Of a stretch of DNA of 64,000 nt, positions 16,002 through 25,993 are shown piece by piece. Source of the stretch: a virus. Every line of letters begins with the position of its first letter. The stretch's first letter is position 1. The notes below the pieces were generated by a model. It saw nothing but the letters and a program-made list of their open reading frames with translations, made no database searches and was not told the DNA's origin. The stretch is from IMG/VR virus record IMGVR_UViG_3300026875_000002; one strand, written 5' to 3'. Position numbers and translations under genes: made by a program.

Positions 16002-17864
16002 ATGGGATGTGATTACCCTATGCTACATAAAAAGAAATTATTAAAGGTAATTGATTACCTTTACACTGCCAAGGCATATGATGATGCAATGACTCATTAC
16101 ATGATGGATGCCATTGATGATGCTACTCTTTTTGAACTTCTTCGTAACCCCTCTCTTTTTATGAATATTGCCCTTTATAATCAGTTTACACGTAAATATT
16201 TTCCACAAATAAACACATCCAGTGATATTCAAAGAGCTGGAACACCCCTTCATAGAACAATAATTGAACAAACAATAAAACAAAACATGACAACACAGGA
16301 ACAACGAAGACAAAGAATATATAAAATTAACTATGAACAACTACTACGAGACTCTAACAGAATACGACAAAACAAACAAGTACCTAACACAACAACAAAC
16401 AATGTACGAATACATGACATACAAAACAAGACAACAAGAGACCTCACAGAACAACATGAAAAACTAATAAACGCCCAAATAGACAAACTAGAAAAAGAAT
16501 TCAGAGAACTAGTAGAACAAGATGAACCAATAATCAAGGGACCAAACATAAAAGAAAACAAGGAAATAAAAAAACTAAGAAAAGAACACAACAAACAAAT
16601 AGCGAGACAAAACAAGAGATTAGCAAAAAACAAGGACAACAGAGTCAAATGGATGACAGAACGCTTGAAAGATAAGCCCCACATCTACAAAGTATGGAAT
16701 CAAACACCAAATCCAAAGACAAGACATACTATAACAGATGGACAAAAAGTACCACTAGAAGAAAAATTTGAGGTAATTAATGATAAAACAGGACAAATAG
16801 ATATGATGGATTACCCTGGAGATTGGAAGGGTAGTCCTGCAAATACTGCTAATTGTTTATGTGAATTAAGTTTTACTGATGATGACAGTAATGTGTATGA
16901 TCCTAAGAAGAAATCAGTACGAGAGGAATATCTAGAATTACAGAAAAAAGTAGATAGACTAGAAGAAGGATTTGGTGAACGAGCAATAAAATTGATTAAT
17001 GATGCGACTTTTCTAGGAAATGATAATGATATAAAATGGGTATTAAAACATTTGGGGATAGGTTACAAAGAAAGGAATAGACTACATATATCTGATATTA
17101 ATAAAGCGTTAGATGTACGTGATAAGTATATTCAAGAGGGATATTATGAATCTGATTTTAATTTAGAAAAAGCATATGGTAAAATATATATGGAACATGT
17201 GACAGCTAATATAAATAATTTATTAGTTGATAGTGTTTCAAAAAAAAGTAATTCACATAGTTATAATATTTTATCTAAACATTATAACCGTAGAAGAATA
17301 GAAAGGGATAAGGCGCTATATTCCCCTGAAGAACTTAAAGCTTTGGATTTTTATTCAAAACCTATTTTTTATTCAACATTTAACGCATGGCAACGTCAAA
17401 ATTTTTCAAAAAAAGTATTAGAAGATGAAACTAAAAGGGAACACAGTCTTTTAAGAAAGTATGATGCCGATTCTTTAGAAAAGATCTTTAAAAAAAATTA
17501 CAATATTTTAAAAGATATGAGTATTCCATTAAACCAGGATATTATATTATATCATGGACAAGGAAATTTATATCCTAGCGATGGGAAGGAATTAAAAGAG
17601 AAGGGAGTGTGGAACAATACTTTAAGTTTAGGTGCTTTTAAGCAAAGTGGGTTAAAATATGCAACTAATAATGGTGAAAAAATGATATTATTCAAGGTAT
17701 ATATTCCAAAAGGTACAAGAGTAACACCTATATTACAATTAAGTAGTAAACTTGGTAATACTGTTGAATCAGAATTATTACTTGATAGAGGACATGAGTA
17801 TAAAGTAGATCATTATTACTATGATGAAGGCTGTGCTACTAGAGATGTAAGATTAATTAATTAA
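16002..17864 (+). CDS. MuF/SPP1-gp7-like head protein fused to C-terminal ADP-ribosyltransferase (VIP2-like) domain
   Basis: MuF: KVWNQTPNPKTRH..DGQKVPLEEKF..NCLC; ART: IILYHG, YIPKGTRV, ESELLLDRGHEYKV. Confidence 0.8.
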   Translation: MGCDYPMLHKKKLLKVIDYLYTAKAYDDAMTHYMMDAIDDATLFELLRNPSLFMNIALYNQFTRKYFPQINTSSDIQRAGTPLHRTIIEQTIKQNMTTQEQRRQRIYKINYEQLLRDSNRIRQNKQVPNTTTNNVRIHDIQNKTTRDLTEQHEKLINAQIDKLEKEFRELVEQDEPIIKGPNIKENKEIKKLRKEHNKQIARQNKRLAKNKDNRVKWMTERLKDKPHIYKVWNQTPNPKTRHTITDGQKVPLEEKFEVINDKTGQIDMMDYPGDWKGSPANTANCLCELSFTDDDSNVYDPKKKSVREEYLELQKKVDRLEEGFGERAIKLINDATFLGNDNDIKWVLKHLGIGYKERNRLHISDINKALDVRDKYIQEGYYESDFNLEKAYGKIYMEHVTANINNLLVDSVSKKSNSHSYNILSKHYNRRRIERDKALYSPEELKALDFYSKPIFYSTFNAWQRQNFSKKVLEDETKREHSLLRKYDADSLEKIFKKNYNILKDMSIPLNQDIILYHGQGNLYPSDGKELKEKGVWNNTLSLGAFKQSGLKYATNNGEKMILFKVYIPKGTRVTPILQLSSKLGNTVESELLLDRGHEYKVDHYYYDEGCATRDVRLIN

Positions 17865-17905
17865 GAAAAACACAGTAATATATAACAACAAAATTTTGGT
17901 GAAGA

Positions 17906-18226
17906 ATGTTGAAAAAATATCATGTAAAATATAGTGGGGAAAGTTTAGTAGAACATAGAGAATACTTAAAGGAAATAATAAAATATCTCAAAAAACATCC
18001 TGAAGAAGAAGGATTATACTTATTTGCCAGTGAGTTCCAATATACTCTTGGAACTGAGGATCCATTGTATGCAAGAGTTCAAGATTTATTTGATGAAAAT
18101 CCATGGTGTACAATATATAGTAACCTGCATACTAAGGCTAGAAATGGAGATATGATGGATCAAAAGGAGTTTCATGATTATTTTGTTAAGAAGTTTCCGC
18201 AGTGGAAAGATATCTATTACTACTAA
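17906..18226 (+). CDS. Candidate immunity protein for MuF-ART
   Basis: 106-aa ORF directly after the toxin domain, followed by a T-rich terminator; role inferred from position only. Confidence 0.45.
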   Translation: MLKKYHVKYSGESLVEHREYLKEIIKYLKKHPEEEGLYLFASEFQYTLGTEDPLYARVQDLFDENPWCTIYSNLHTKARNGDMMDQKEFHDYFVKKFPQWKDIYYY

Positions 18227-18275
18227 CTCTCTTTCACTCTCTTTTTTTAACTTTATTATTTTTTTTGTTTTTCAG
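18227..18275 (+). terminator. Oligo-T archaeal-type terminator
   Basis: CTCTCTTTCACTCTCTTTTTTT..TTTTTTT directly after stop. Confidence 0.45.
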
Positions 18276-18570
18276 CATTAATAGAATTCCCTCCACATGT
18301 ATTAATAGTAGTGAAGAAATGTACAATAACCTGCCTTAAATTATACGAAAATAAAAACTTTTCACCTCCACACTCCATTTTTGCCGATGATGAATTTTAC
18401 TAATTTTTTTTTATAATACTATTAATTCGGAGGTAAAAAATACAATAATTAATCCCATAATACTTAAGGGTATAATTTAATGGTTTTATTAATATAATAT
18501 AAATAATTGCTAAACCAGGTAATCCTCATTAATTATAATCCAAGAGCATAATGGAGGAGGAATAAAACAC

Positions 18571-19644
18571 ATGCCAACTGATGTAATCTACATAAAATGC
18601 TGTGTACTCGCAAGCCAAATACCAGACATAACCAATGATGTACTACAAAGAAGCGACATCAAAAAAATATTCGCAAACACTAAAAACATCAATTTCGACA
18701 TAGAACACCAACGAAAATACCTAAGTGGGATAGAGATTGTTGAGAATTATATAAATCAAACAGAAGAACACATCAAAGGTACAATGATACCTCCTGGTTC
18801 ATGGATAATGGTCTTAGCAATCTACAACAACCAACTACAAAACAGTATACAAGAGAACAAGATAAGAGGAGTAAGCCTAAGAACAGCACTAGGAGAAGCA
18901 GTAAACCTAACAGACAATACACTAACCGGAAGAATAGAATACAAAGACATACTAAACAAGGAAGAAATGCAACCAGAAAGCATAAGCTTCACAAGTGACC
19001 CAGCAAATGAAATACCAATAGAAGTAATGACATACGAGGCATACACGGCAAAAAATAAGAATAGAAGAACAGGTGACAAAATGATAAATGAAGATAGTGA
19101 AAACAGTTTTTGGAGAAGACTCTTCAAAGAAAATTTCACAGCAAAAAATACTGCAAACCCAACACCTCAACCAACAAGTGAATTACTTGGAAGTGTTGAT
19201 GCAGAAGAATTTATGAATTCTATGATAGAATCTCAAAAAGCAATATCAAAACAAACCGAACTAATACAAAAATTAGTAGAAAGTCAGACAAAAAGTGCTG
19301 ATGCAATAAATAATCTAAAAATAGAACTAGAACAATTCAAACTAAATCTTTCAGACATGAAACTAGCAACAACAAACACAGAAGAAACTACAGAACCCAA
19401 AGAACAAGACACAGAAAATCAAGAAGAAAACACAGAAGAAATAGAAACAAAACCCCAGGATGCTAAAGAAAAACAAAACACAGACAAAGAACAAGATGAA
19501 AACAAAGAAAAAGAAAAACCGGAAGAAAAACACACAGCAAAATCAAGAAAACCAGTAAGAAGGTTAGTACAAACTAATCAAGAACAAGAAGAAATCCTAA
19601 AATTCATAGCAAACAGAAGTTATGAAAACTTTATGAAAAACTAA
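18571..19644 (+). CDS. Prohead protease (XkdF-like) with C-terminal scaffold region
   Basis: NFDIEHQ..IVENYI..GSWIM..GVSL; acidic coiled-coil tail; precedes MCP. Confidence 0.75.
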   Translation: MPTDVIYIKCCVLASQIPDITNDVLQRSDIKKIFANTKNINFDIEHQRKYLSGIEIVENYINQTEEHIKGTMIPPGSWIMVLAIYNNQLQNSIQENKIRGVSLRTALGEAVNLTDNTLTGRIEYKDILNKEEMQPESISFTSDPANEIPIEVMTYEAYTAKNKNRRTGDKMINEDSENSFWRRLFKENFTAKNTANPTPQPTSELLGSVDAEEFMNSMIESQKAISKQTELIQKLVESQTKSADAINNLKIELEQFKLNLSDMKLATTNTEETTEPKEQDTENQEENTEEIETKPQDAKEKQNTDKEQDENKEKEKPEEKHTAKSRKPVRRLVQTNQEQEEILKFIANRSYENFMKN

Positions 19645-19669
19645 AAACAACCTTGGAGGAAAAAGAAAC

Positions 19670-20914
19670 ATGAATAATTTCATATTACCAGATAGTGCAT
19701 TTGCACCAGGTGTAATACCATCCTACGATGAATTAAACAAAAACAAACATGGAGTAATCAGATGGTTACCACAAAACAAATTATTATCTGAAACAGCTGC
19801 ATACACAGCAAAAAGTGCTAATCGTATGAGCTTTGAATCAAATGTAGGTGAACCATTCTATCACACAGATAATGGATCAATAGTAAAACCCGGTATGCTT
19901 CCAGCAGCAGAAGCAACAGCATTTCTAGCTGAAAGAACATACAGAAGCACATTCCACAAACTATGTAATTATGAACCATTAATTGCAAAGGAAACCAAAC
20001 GTGTATACTATGGTGTTGATGAAAACATAGAAGGTCTTGCAAATATACAAGATGGAAAACAAAGAGTAAGAAACGACATCAAAAGAGATACACACAAAAC
20101 TAGAGATAAAGTACTAAGAAGTGAAACATACGTAGAAACAGCAGACTTCACAAGAGAAGACCTTAAAAACAATCTTGAGGGTCAACGATTCCTACAAACA
20201 TACATCAACACAATCAGTCAAAAAAGAGAATGGAATTTAGGATTACTTGAATTATATTCTAAAAAAGATACAACAGCAGGGGACACTAGTGGACTTCATG
20301 TAAATGATGGATTATTCAAACAATTAGATGATGCATATACCTTCTACAAAGAACACCTTGAAGACACAGATAGTGTACTATACGGACAAGGATACTATTG
20401 TGGTATTCATGGAACAGGTACTGATAAAATACCACTCGACTTCACAAAAACAGATAGAAACCAAAGTGGAAACATTATAGAACAATTAGTTGACATGAAC
20501 ACACAATATTACACACAGCAAGGTCTTGACCAACAACAATTCCTAGTAAGTCCAGAAGCATATGGTAACCTAGGTAAACTTGCAAGTAGCAGAGAAACAG
20601 AACGTGGGGATAAATTATACTTTGATGGAGATGCACTAAGAGTAAATGGAGTACCAGTAATACCATGTATGGAACTTGGACTCCCACGTAATGGATACAA
20701 ACAACATGTACTCCTAGGTAACTTCAGAAGTGGTGTAACAAATGGATTCAGAGAAGAATTTAACACTGAAATTAATTATGATTTCAATGAATTCATGTGG
20801 AAAGTATCCACCTTTGTCGAATTTGGTACACTCCTTGAACATGAACAAGATGTACTTGCAGCTGAAGTAACTGGTCTTCCAACTCAGAAAGCAGAGACAA
20901 AGGTAACGCCCTAA
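19670..20914 (+). CDS. Major capsid protein (HK97 fold)
   Basis: Position, 414 aa, C-terminal FLVSPEAY..GVPVI..LLGNF pattern. Confidence 0.8.
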   Translation: MNNFILPDSAFAPGVIPSYDELNKNKHGVIRWLPQNKLLSETAAYTAKSANRMSFESNVGEPFYHTDNGSIVKPGMLPAAEATAFLAERTYRSTFHKLCNYEPLIAKETKRVYYGVDENIEGLANIQDGKQRVRNDIKRDTHKTRDKVLRSETYVETADFTREDLKNNLEGQRFLQTYINTISQKREWNLGLLELYSKKDTTAGDTSGLHVNDGLFKQLDDAYTFYKEHLEDTDSVLYGQGYYCGIHGTGTDKIPLDFTKTDRNQSGNIIEQLVDMNTQYYTQQGLDQQQFLVSPEAYGNLGKLASSRETERGDKLYFDGDALRVNGVPVIPCMELGLPRNGYKQHVLLGNFRSGVTNGFREEFNTEINYDFNEFMWKVSTFVEFGTLLEHEQDVLAAEVTGLPTQKAETKVTP

Positions 20915-21008
20915 CCCTGCAAAATCAAGTATAGGTATAACAGTATTTGAAGACTGATAAACCAGTAGTAGATAATACATTTGTCAAGGAGGGAGGTGAA
21001 AAAGTACT

Positions 21009-21560
21009 ATGACAGAAGAAACCAAAGAAAAAACAACTCTTGCAAATGCAACAGTAATCCTTGAAGGAAAAAGAAATAGTTTCACTGGTGAAACTGGAGA
21101 AACAGGAAATGTTGACTTCACAAAATTACCTCCAGATACATACACACTTCTGGTACAAAAAGAAGGATATGAAGACTACGTCCACAAAAAACCAATAAAA
21201 ATAGATGAAAAGAAATACAACAACATCCAACTCAACATCAAATTAAAACCACTTGAAACAGAACAAGAAACAACAACAGATGAAGAGGATACAACAAGAA
21301 CAATCATAATAGAGACAGAACCTGTAATAGAAGGAGCAGAAATAAACTTATTATCAGACAATGAAATAATAAAAACTGCAACAACAGACAATACAGGAAT
21401 TGTAACATTTGAGGATGTACAATTTGGGTCCTACACAATACAATCAAACACAGTAGGATATGAAGAAGTCACAAAAAATATCACAATAAACAGTAACAAT
21501 AAAAATCCACGAACTATCAGTATATCATTTGTAGAAACAACTAATAATACAGAGGAGTGA
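21009..21560 (+). CDS. Two-repeat Ig/PEGA-like protein (decoration candidate)
   Basis: Duplicated TGxxGxVxFxxLxxGxYTLxxxxxGYE motif. Confidence 0.6.
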   Translation: MTEETKEKTTLANATVILEGKRNSFTGETGETGNVDFTKLPPDTYTLLVQKEGYEDYVHKKPIKIDEKKYNNIQLNIKLKPLETEQETTTDEEDTTRTIIIETEPVIEGAEINLLSDNEIIKTATTDNTGIVTFEDVQFGSYTIQSNTVGYEEVTKNITINSNNKNPRTISISFVETTNNTEE

Positions 21561-21566
21561 AAACAA

Positions 21567-22016
21567 ATGAATACAATAGTAGAAGATGTACTCATATATC
21601 TTCCGGAATGGACAATTAAACCACCATCTAAACCACATAAGGAATATGCAAAAGCATTCCTAGAAAATGATTCAAATGAACTAACAAGTGAAATAAATGT
21701 AAGAAAACATATTTCACCAGAAGAGATACTGAAAACATATCATTTAACAAAAATAAGAGTATCTAATTATTTATGTCGTAAACAAGTTCCAAATGTTAAT
21801 ACATGTTATGTAGCTACATGCATGTGGACAGCAGGGGTACTTGAAGAAAAATATAAATTTAAAAGTATAACACGTTCACAATTAATAGTAGATGCTCAGA
21901 AAATGTTAGCACCATATATTAAGCATTATTTCAGAGTGCTTAATGGACATCCTCACCATCATTGTAAACCTATTTTTCATAATGAAATCCATCTAACCGT
22001 GTATGAGGATGAGTAA
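21567..22016 (+). CDS. Head-tail adaptor (putative)
   Basis: Position and size in neck module. Confidence 0.5.
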   Translation: MNTIVEDVLIYLPEWTIKPPSKPHKEYAKAFLENDSNELTSEINVRKHISPEEILKTYHLTKIRVSNYLCRKQVPNVNTCYVATCMWTAGVLEEKYKFKSITRSQLIVDAQKMLAPYIKHYFRVLNGHPHHHCKPIFHNEIHLTVYEDE

Positions 22017-22021
22017 TTTTT

Positions 22022-22510
22022 ATGCCAGGACGTTATTCTCATAGTATATATATTAAGTGTAATATACGTGCTTTAGAAAATCTTGACTTACCCGTACCAT
22101 TTTTTCCAATCAAAAAAATGCTCCGAAGATCAGCACAGGAAATTGAAAAACAAGTTGATTTCATTGTACCTGAACTTGCAGAATACAGTCAAGTAGCACA
22201 ACGTAGTGCACTTGCAGATACAGGTAGTATAATAACAGGAAAACTCGATGAAAGTATACGAATTAAGAATGGACATAATTATGCGGATATTGGGACAAGT
22301 CTATTCTATGCACAATATGTTGAAGAAGGACGGGGCCCAGTACATGCAAAAAATAAACCATACCTAGTATTTAAAATACCTGGACGAGGATGGATAAGAA
22401 AAAAAAGTGTAGGACCTGCACCTGCACGCTACTTTGTAAAAAGAAGTAGTAAGGAATTAGCAAAAGAAATACCTAAACGTCTTGAAGCGTTAGGTGATGC
22501 AATAGGATGA
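22022..22510 (+). CDS. HK97 gp10-like neck/tail-completion protein
   Basis: TGKLDESI..IGTSLFYAQYVEEGRG..PARYFV motifs. Confidence 0.8.
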   Translation: MPGRYSHSIYIKCNIRALENLDLPVPFFPIKKMLRRSAQEIEKQVDFIVPELAEYSQVAQRSALADTGSIITGKLDESIRIKNGHNYADIGTSLFYAQYVEEGRGPVHAKNKPYLVFKIPGRGWIRKKSVGPAPARYFVKRSSKELAKEIPKRLEALGDAIG

Positions 22511-22520
22511 TTGATGAATT

Positions 22521-23192
22521 ATGGTGCAACAATATAACAATACACCACCAAGAGAAGGACTTGAAGCTCTTGAAAGTGATATTGAATTCTATAATATGTT
22601 AATAGATCAACAAAGAGATGGGGACTCACTACTATCTCGTTTTAATATTGTATTAAGTGCACATTATGAGGATTATGATGCAGAAGAAGTTAATACAATA
22701 TATGTAGTACGAGGAAAATCAGAGAATATACGTACAAGTACTGAAGCAGAATGGTTTGCAGTACATATTCAAGTAATAATTCAAGTTAGTAATAATGATT
22801 CTCTTATAGCAAATCAAATACTTCGTTCAACGTATAGACGTATAAAATCATACCTTGTACGTAATCCTATATGGGGATTTATGACTACAGATACATTAAC
22901 ACCTCTCTATCGTAGTGATGGATGTGTTAGTGAATTTGTAATAGATTTCACTGCTACAGAAGTAGAAGAATTTGAATTATATAATGAATTAGATGACTGG
23001 GAATTAGACTTATGCCTAACTGCTGGTATAGATGGAACTGATGAATTAAATAAAATATTCCCCCCACTAGAAATAGTGAAAGAGAAAATACCTCATCATA
23101 AAATACAACAAACAATAAAAGAGGAAAACTCTGAAGAAATAAGCAAACAAATAAATAAAATACACTCCAAACAAAGGAGGATGTTTAACTAA
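22521..23192 (+). CDS. Tail terminator (putative)
   Basis: Position between gp10-like gene and sheath. Confidence 0.5.
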   Translation: MVQQYNNTPPREGLEALESDIEFYNMLIDQQRDGDSLLSRFNIVLSAHYEDYDAEEVNTIYVVRGKSENIRTSTEAEWFAVHIQVIIQVSNNDSLIANQILRSTYRRIKSYLVRNPIWGFMTTDTLTPLYRSDGCVSEFVIDFTATEVEEFELYNELDDWELDLCLTAGIDGTDELNKIFPPLEIVKEKIPHHKIQQTIKEENSEEISKQINKIHSKQRRMFN

Positions 23193-24562
23193 TGACAATG
23201 GATATAAATACAAGAATAGAACTTTCCAATGAAACTATAAAAAATAATACTGTTCCTGGACAAGCAGGAAAAGTAGGACTTATTGGTGCATTTCCAAGTA
23301 TCAATCAAGATGTACATGCATATACAAATCTTGCAAATTTAAGAGCAGATTATGGTATAGTAGCAAATAGTGGAAGTGAAAAAAACTTTGATGGTGCAGT
23401 TGCAGCAAAACGTATCTTCATGGATGGTATTGAAGATTATGATGGTGCAAGTAGCATTACTACTGTGAATATCTGTGATGAAAAACTTGATACCAGTAAA
23501 ATAAGTGTACAAGTAAATGATGGTAGTGAATCAACAGAGGATAATGAAAATGGTGCGAATGCAATAGTAAATACTGATAAAGCAACACTCCTCAGTTACA
23601 GCAAACTTAGAACTGCCCTTACTAAACTTGCTGATGAAGATATTGATTTACTATTCATATCAGCAGATATCAATAATGCAATACCAAAAACAGGAGATGT
23701 ACTATATGATGGTACAAAGCTTGAAAAAGATGGATCAATCGACAATGTACTAGACCTCATCTTATACTACTTGAACAAAATCTACTCTACCAAAAAACCA
23801 TGTAACTGGATATATTGGATGAACTGTGTAACAGGTGCAACAGAAGGACAGGAAACAGAAGGAATAGGTAGTAAAATAATCAATGTAAAAGAAGCGGTAA
23901 GACAAGCAGAATACATTGCACAACATGATACAACAAATCTTGCAACAGCAGGATTATACTACCAACCAGGATACATACGAAAAAGTACATATGGTACAAG
24001 TCAAACAGTAGGTAGAATGGAAATAGCAGCACATATGACCGGATTCACTGCTAGTTTACCAGTAACACAATCACTTACTAATCAGACCATCCCTGGAATA
24101 ACTGGAGTTACAGAAGAAGCATACTTTGGTGAAAAAGATGCAGGGGGACTCCTCATGAATGCAGGCATACAAGTCATCAAACCAAATGACAGACTTAATG
24201 GTACTTACTGTGTAAAAAATAGTATTCAACCAAACTTCTTTGATGTTAATCATATAAGAGCAGTAACATACCTTCTTAAACAATACAATCTTATCGATAC
24301 AATTGGTGAAGAAACCTATGATATAAATATTGAAGCACTAAAAGCACAACTTGAAGCAATCAATAAAGATGTGCTTGCAACAGTACCTGTAATCAAAGAA
24401 ATAACAGTAGGTAATCATAAAATATTATCCCCATGGAAAATTTACATCCCAATTAACATCAAATTATATGGTACAATAGATGTAATTAAAATTGGAGTTA
24501 ACATGGAAATAGTAGATGAATCGAATGCTACAGAAGTTACAAGTACAATTGTAGTTTCCTAA
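23192..24562 (+). CDS. Tail sheath protein
   Basis: 456 aa; GKVGLIGAF start; C-terminal NHIRAVTYL; followed by tube-sized gene. Confidence 0.7.
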   Translation: MTMDINTRIELSNETIKNNTVPGQAGKVGLIGAFPSINQDVHAYTNLANLRADYGIVANSGSEKNFDGAVAAKRIFMDGIEDYDGASSITTVNICDEKLDTSKISVQVNDGSESTEDNENGANAIVNTDKATLLSYSKLRTALTKLADEDIDLLFISADINNAIPKTGDVLYDGTKLEKDGSIDNVLDLILYYLNKIYSTKKPCNWIYWMNCVTGATEGQETEGIGSKIINVKEAVRQAEYIAQHDTTNLATAGLYYQPGYIRKSTYGTSQTVGRMEIAAHMTGFTASLPVTQSLTNQTIPGITGVTEEAYFGEKDAGGLLMNAGIQVIKPNDRLNGTYCVKNSIQPNFFDVNHIRAVTYLLKQYNLIDTIGEETYDINIEALKAQLEAINKDVLATVPVIKEITVGNHKILSPWKIYIPINIKLYGTIDVIKIGVNMEIVDESNATEVTSTIVVS

Positions 24563-24605
24563 AGAAAATATAACATTAAATTACTTTTTTGAGGTGTAAA
24601 AGAAT

Positions 24606-25010
24606 ATGGCAACAAAAACTCAAACATTATATGATACAACACTATTCATAGATGGTGTTCCAGTAAGTTGGGCTACAGAAGTAGAATTTACTGGAGAATA
24701 TGAAAGTGAAAAAGAAAAAACTCATAGCGGAACAATGACAAAAACAAACACTCAACCTGGATGTAGTATTGATATTACAAAATATACTAAATTCAATGCT
24801 ACAAGTGAAAATAGTTTACTTGATGCTATTGATAAATTAGCAGTTCAAGGTGGAACTGTTACTATGGTTGTACGTGAACCTCAAGCATCTTTTGTAATTA
24901 ATGCTTATGGTTGTAGGCCAGATGAAGAAACATACACTAACAATCCTGGTGAATTCCTTGAGATAGGAATTAATCTTGTTGGTGAATCATTTGAAAGGTA
25001 TTATGTTTAA
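24606..25010 (+). CDS. Tail tube protein
   Basis: 134-aa beta-rich protein after sheath. Confidence 0.7.
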   Translation: MATKTQTLYDTTLFIDGVPVSWATEVEFTGEYESEKEKTHSGTMTKTNTQPGCSIDITKYTKFNATSENSLLDAIDKLAVQGGTVTMVVREPQASFVINAYGCRPDEETYTNNPGEFLEIGINLVGESFERYYV

Positions 25011-25151
25011 ATTAAAATAGTTTACCTCCCCCCCCCACATTCTCCTCCATATTATAAGACATGTTTTTATATTATTTTAATTCTATTAGCTTATTAACTT
25101 ATTCTTTAAATGAATTAAAATAATTTACTCCATTAAATAAAATAAAAAGAG

Positions 25152-25790
25152 ATGAATACAATGAATAAAGAAGAATACACAGAAAAAATCAAACAAATAG
25201 AAAAAGAAGCACCACAAAAACCAGAAGTAACATTCAATGAAGCACAACCACAACCAAAAATAAATCCTGAAGCATTTGAAATGAAAAAAGGAGATCCAAC
25301 AAACAGAGACAAAATCAGAGACTTAATCAACAAATACGATGATCAAATACCAATACATACAAAAGAAGAAAGAGAACAAGAAAACAAGGATAAATCACTC
25401 ACAGAATTATCTTTAGAACAACAAACAGAAGAAGCATTAGATATAAGTGAATTTCTACAAACACCAGAATACATAAGGATGGGAACTGATGCAAGAACAG
25501 CAATTCCAATCAAACTGTATGGAAAAACATACAATATTTACATCAGACCACTTTCATCAAACGAATATTACAAACTACAACTAAAACAGATAAATGAGAA
25601 AAAAAGTCTCAACTATCTTGCAGCTGTAAAAGTATGTACTGATGTGAATGGTAATACACTTCCAAGTAAATTCTGGGATACTCTTGGATTTGAACTTGTG
25701 GAACGTATTGGGGAAGCAATAAGTATAGCTAGTGGTGGAGAACCACAAGAAAAAGTACAAGAAGCGATATCAAAGTTACTCGAAGATTAG
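25152..25790 (+). CDS. Tail assembly chaperone
   Basis: IYIRPLS motif; position between tube and tape measure. Confidence 0.65.
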   Translation: MNTMNKEEYTEKIKQIEKEAPQKPEVTFNEAQPQPKINPEAFEMKKGDPTNRDKIRDLINKYDDQIPIHTKEEREQENKDKSLTELSLEQQTEEALDISEFLQTPEYIRMGTDARTAIPIKLYGKTYNIYIRPLSSNEYYKLQLKQINEKKSLNYLAAVKVCTDVNGNTLPSKFWDTLGFELVERIGEAISIASGGEPQEKVQEAISKLLED

Positions 25791-25792
25791 AT

Positions 25793-25981
25793 TTGAATAA
25801 ACGTGGAAATTTATCCTATCTTACTCAATTGTATTGGAGTAGTGGGTATGATCCACGTATTGTTTTTTTTAATTATCCTGAACTTACTTTTTTCCAAGAG
25901 TATCTATTGAATATCATGTTTATTAAGATTGTTGAATATAAAAATAAAGAACTTGAAGGCGTATTTCCAACGCTTAACTAA
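25793..25981 (+). CDS. Second tail chaperone segment (gpT-like; in -1 frame)
   Basis: TTG start without clear RBS; -1 frame open from 25733. Confidence 0.45.
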   Translation: MNKRGNLSYLTQLYWSSGYDPRIVFFNYPELTFFQEYLLNIMFIKIVEYKNKELEGVFPTLN

Positions 25982-25993
25982 TTTTGACCTATT

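Noticed and set aside
24554-24600. TCC-TAA at the end of the sheath gene as a +1 shift site
   Set aside because: The +1 frame stops after about 13 codons and joins no downstream ORF
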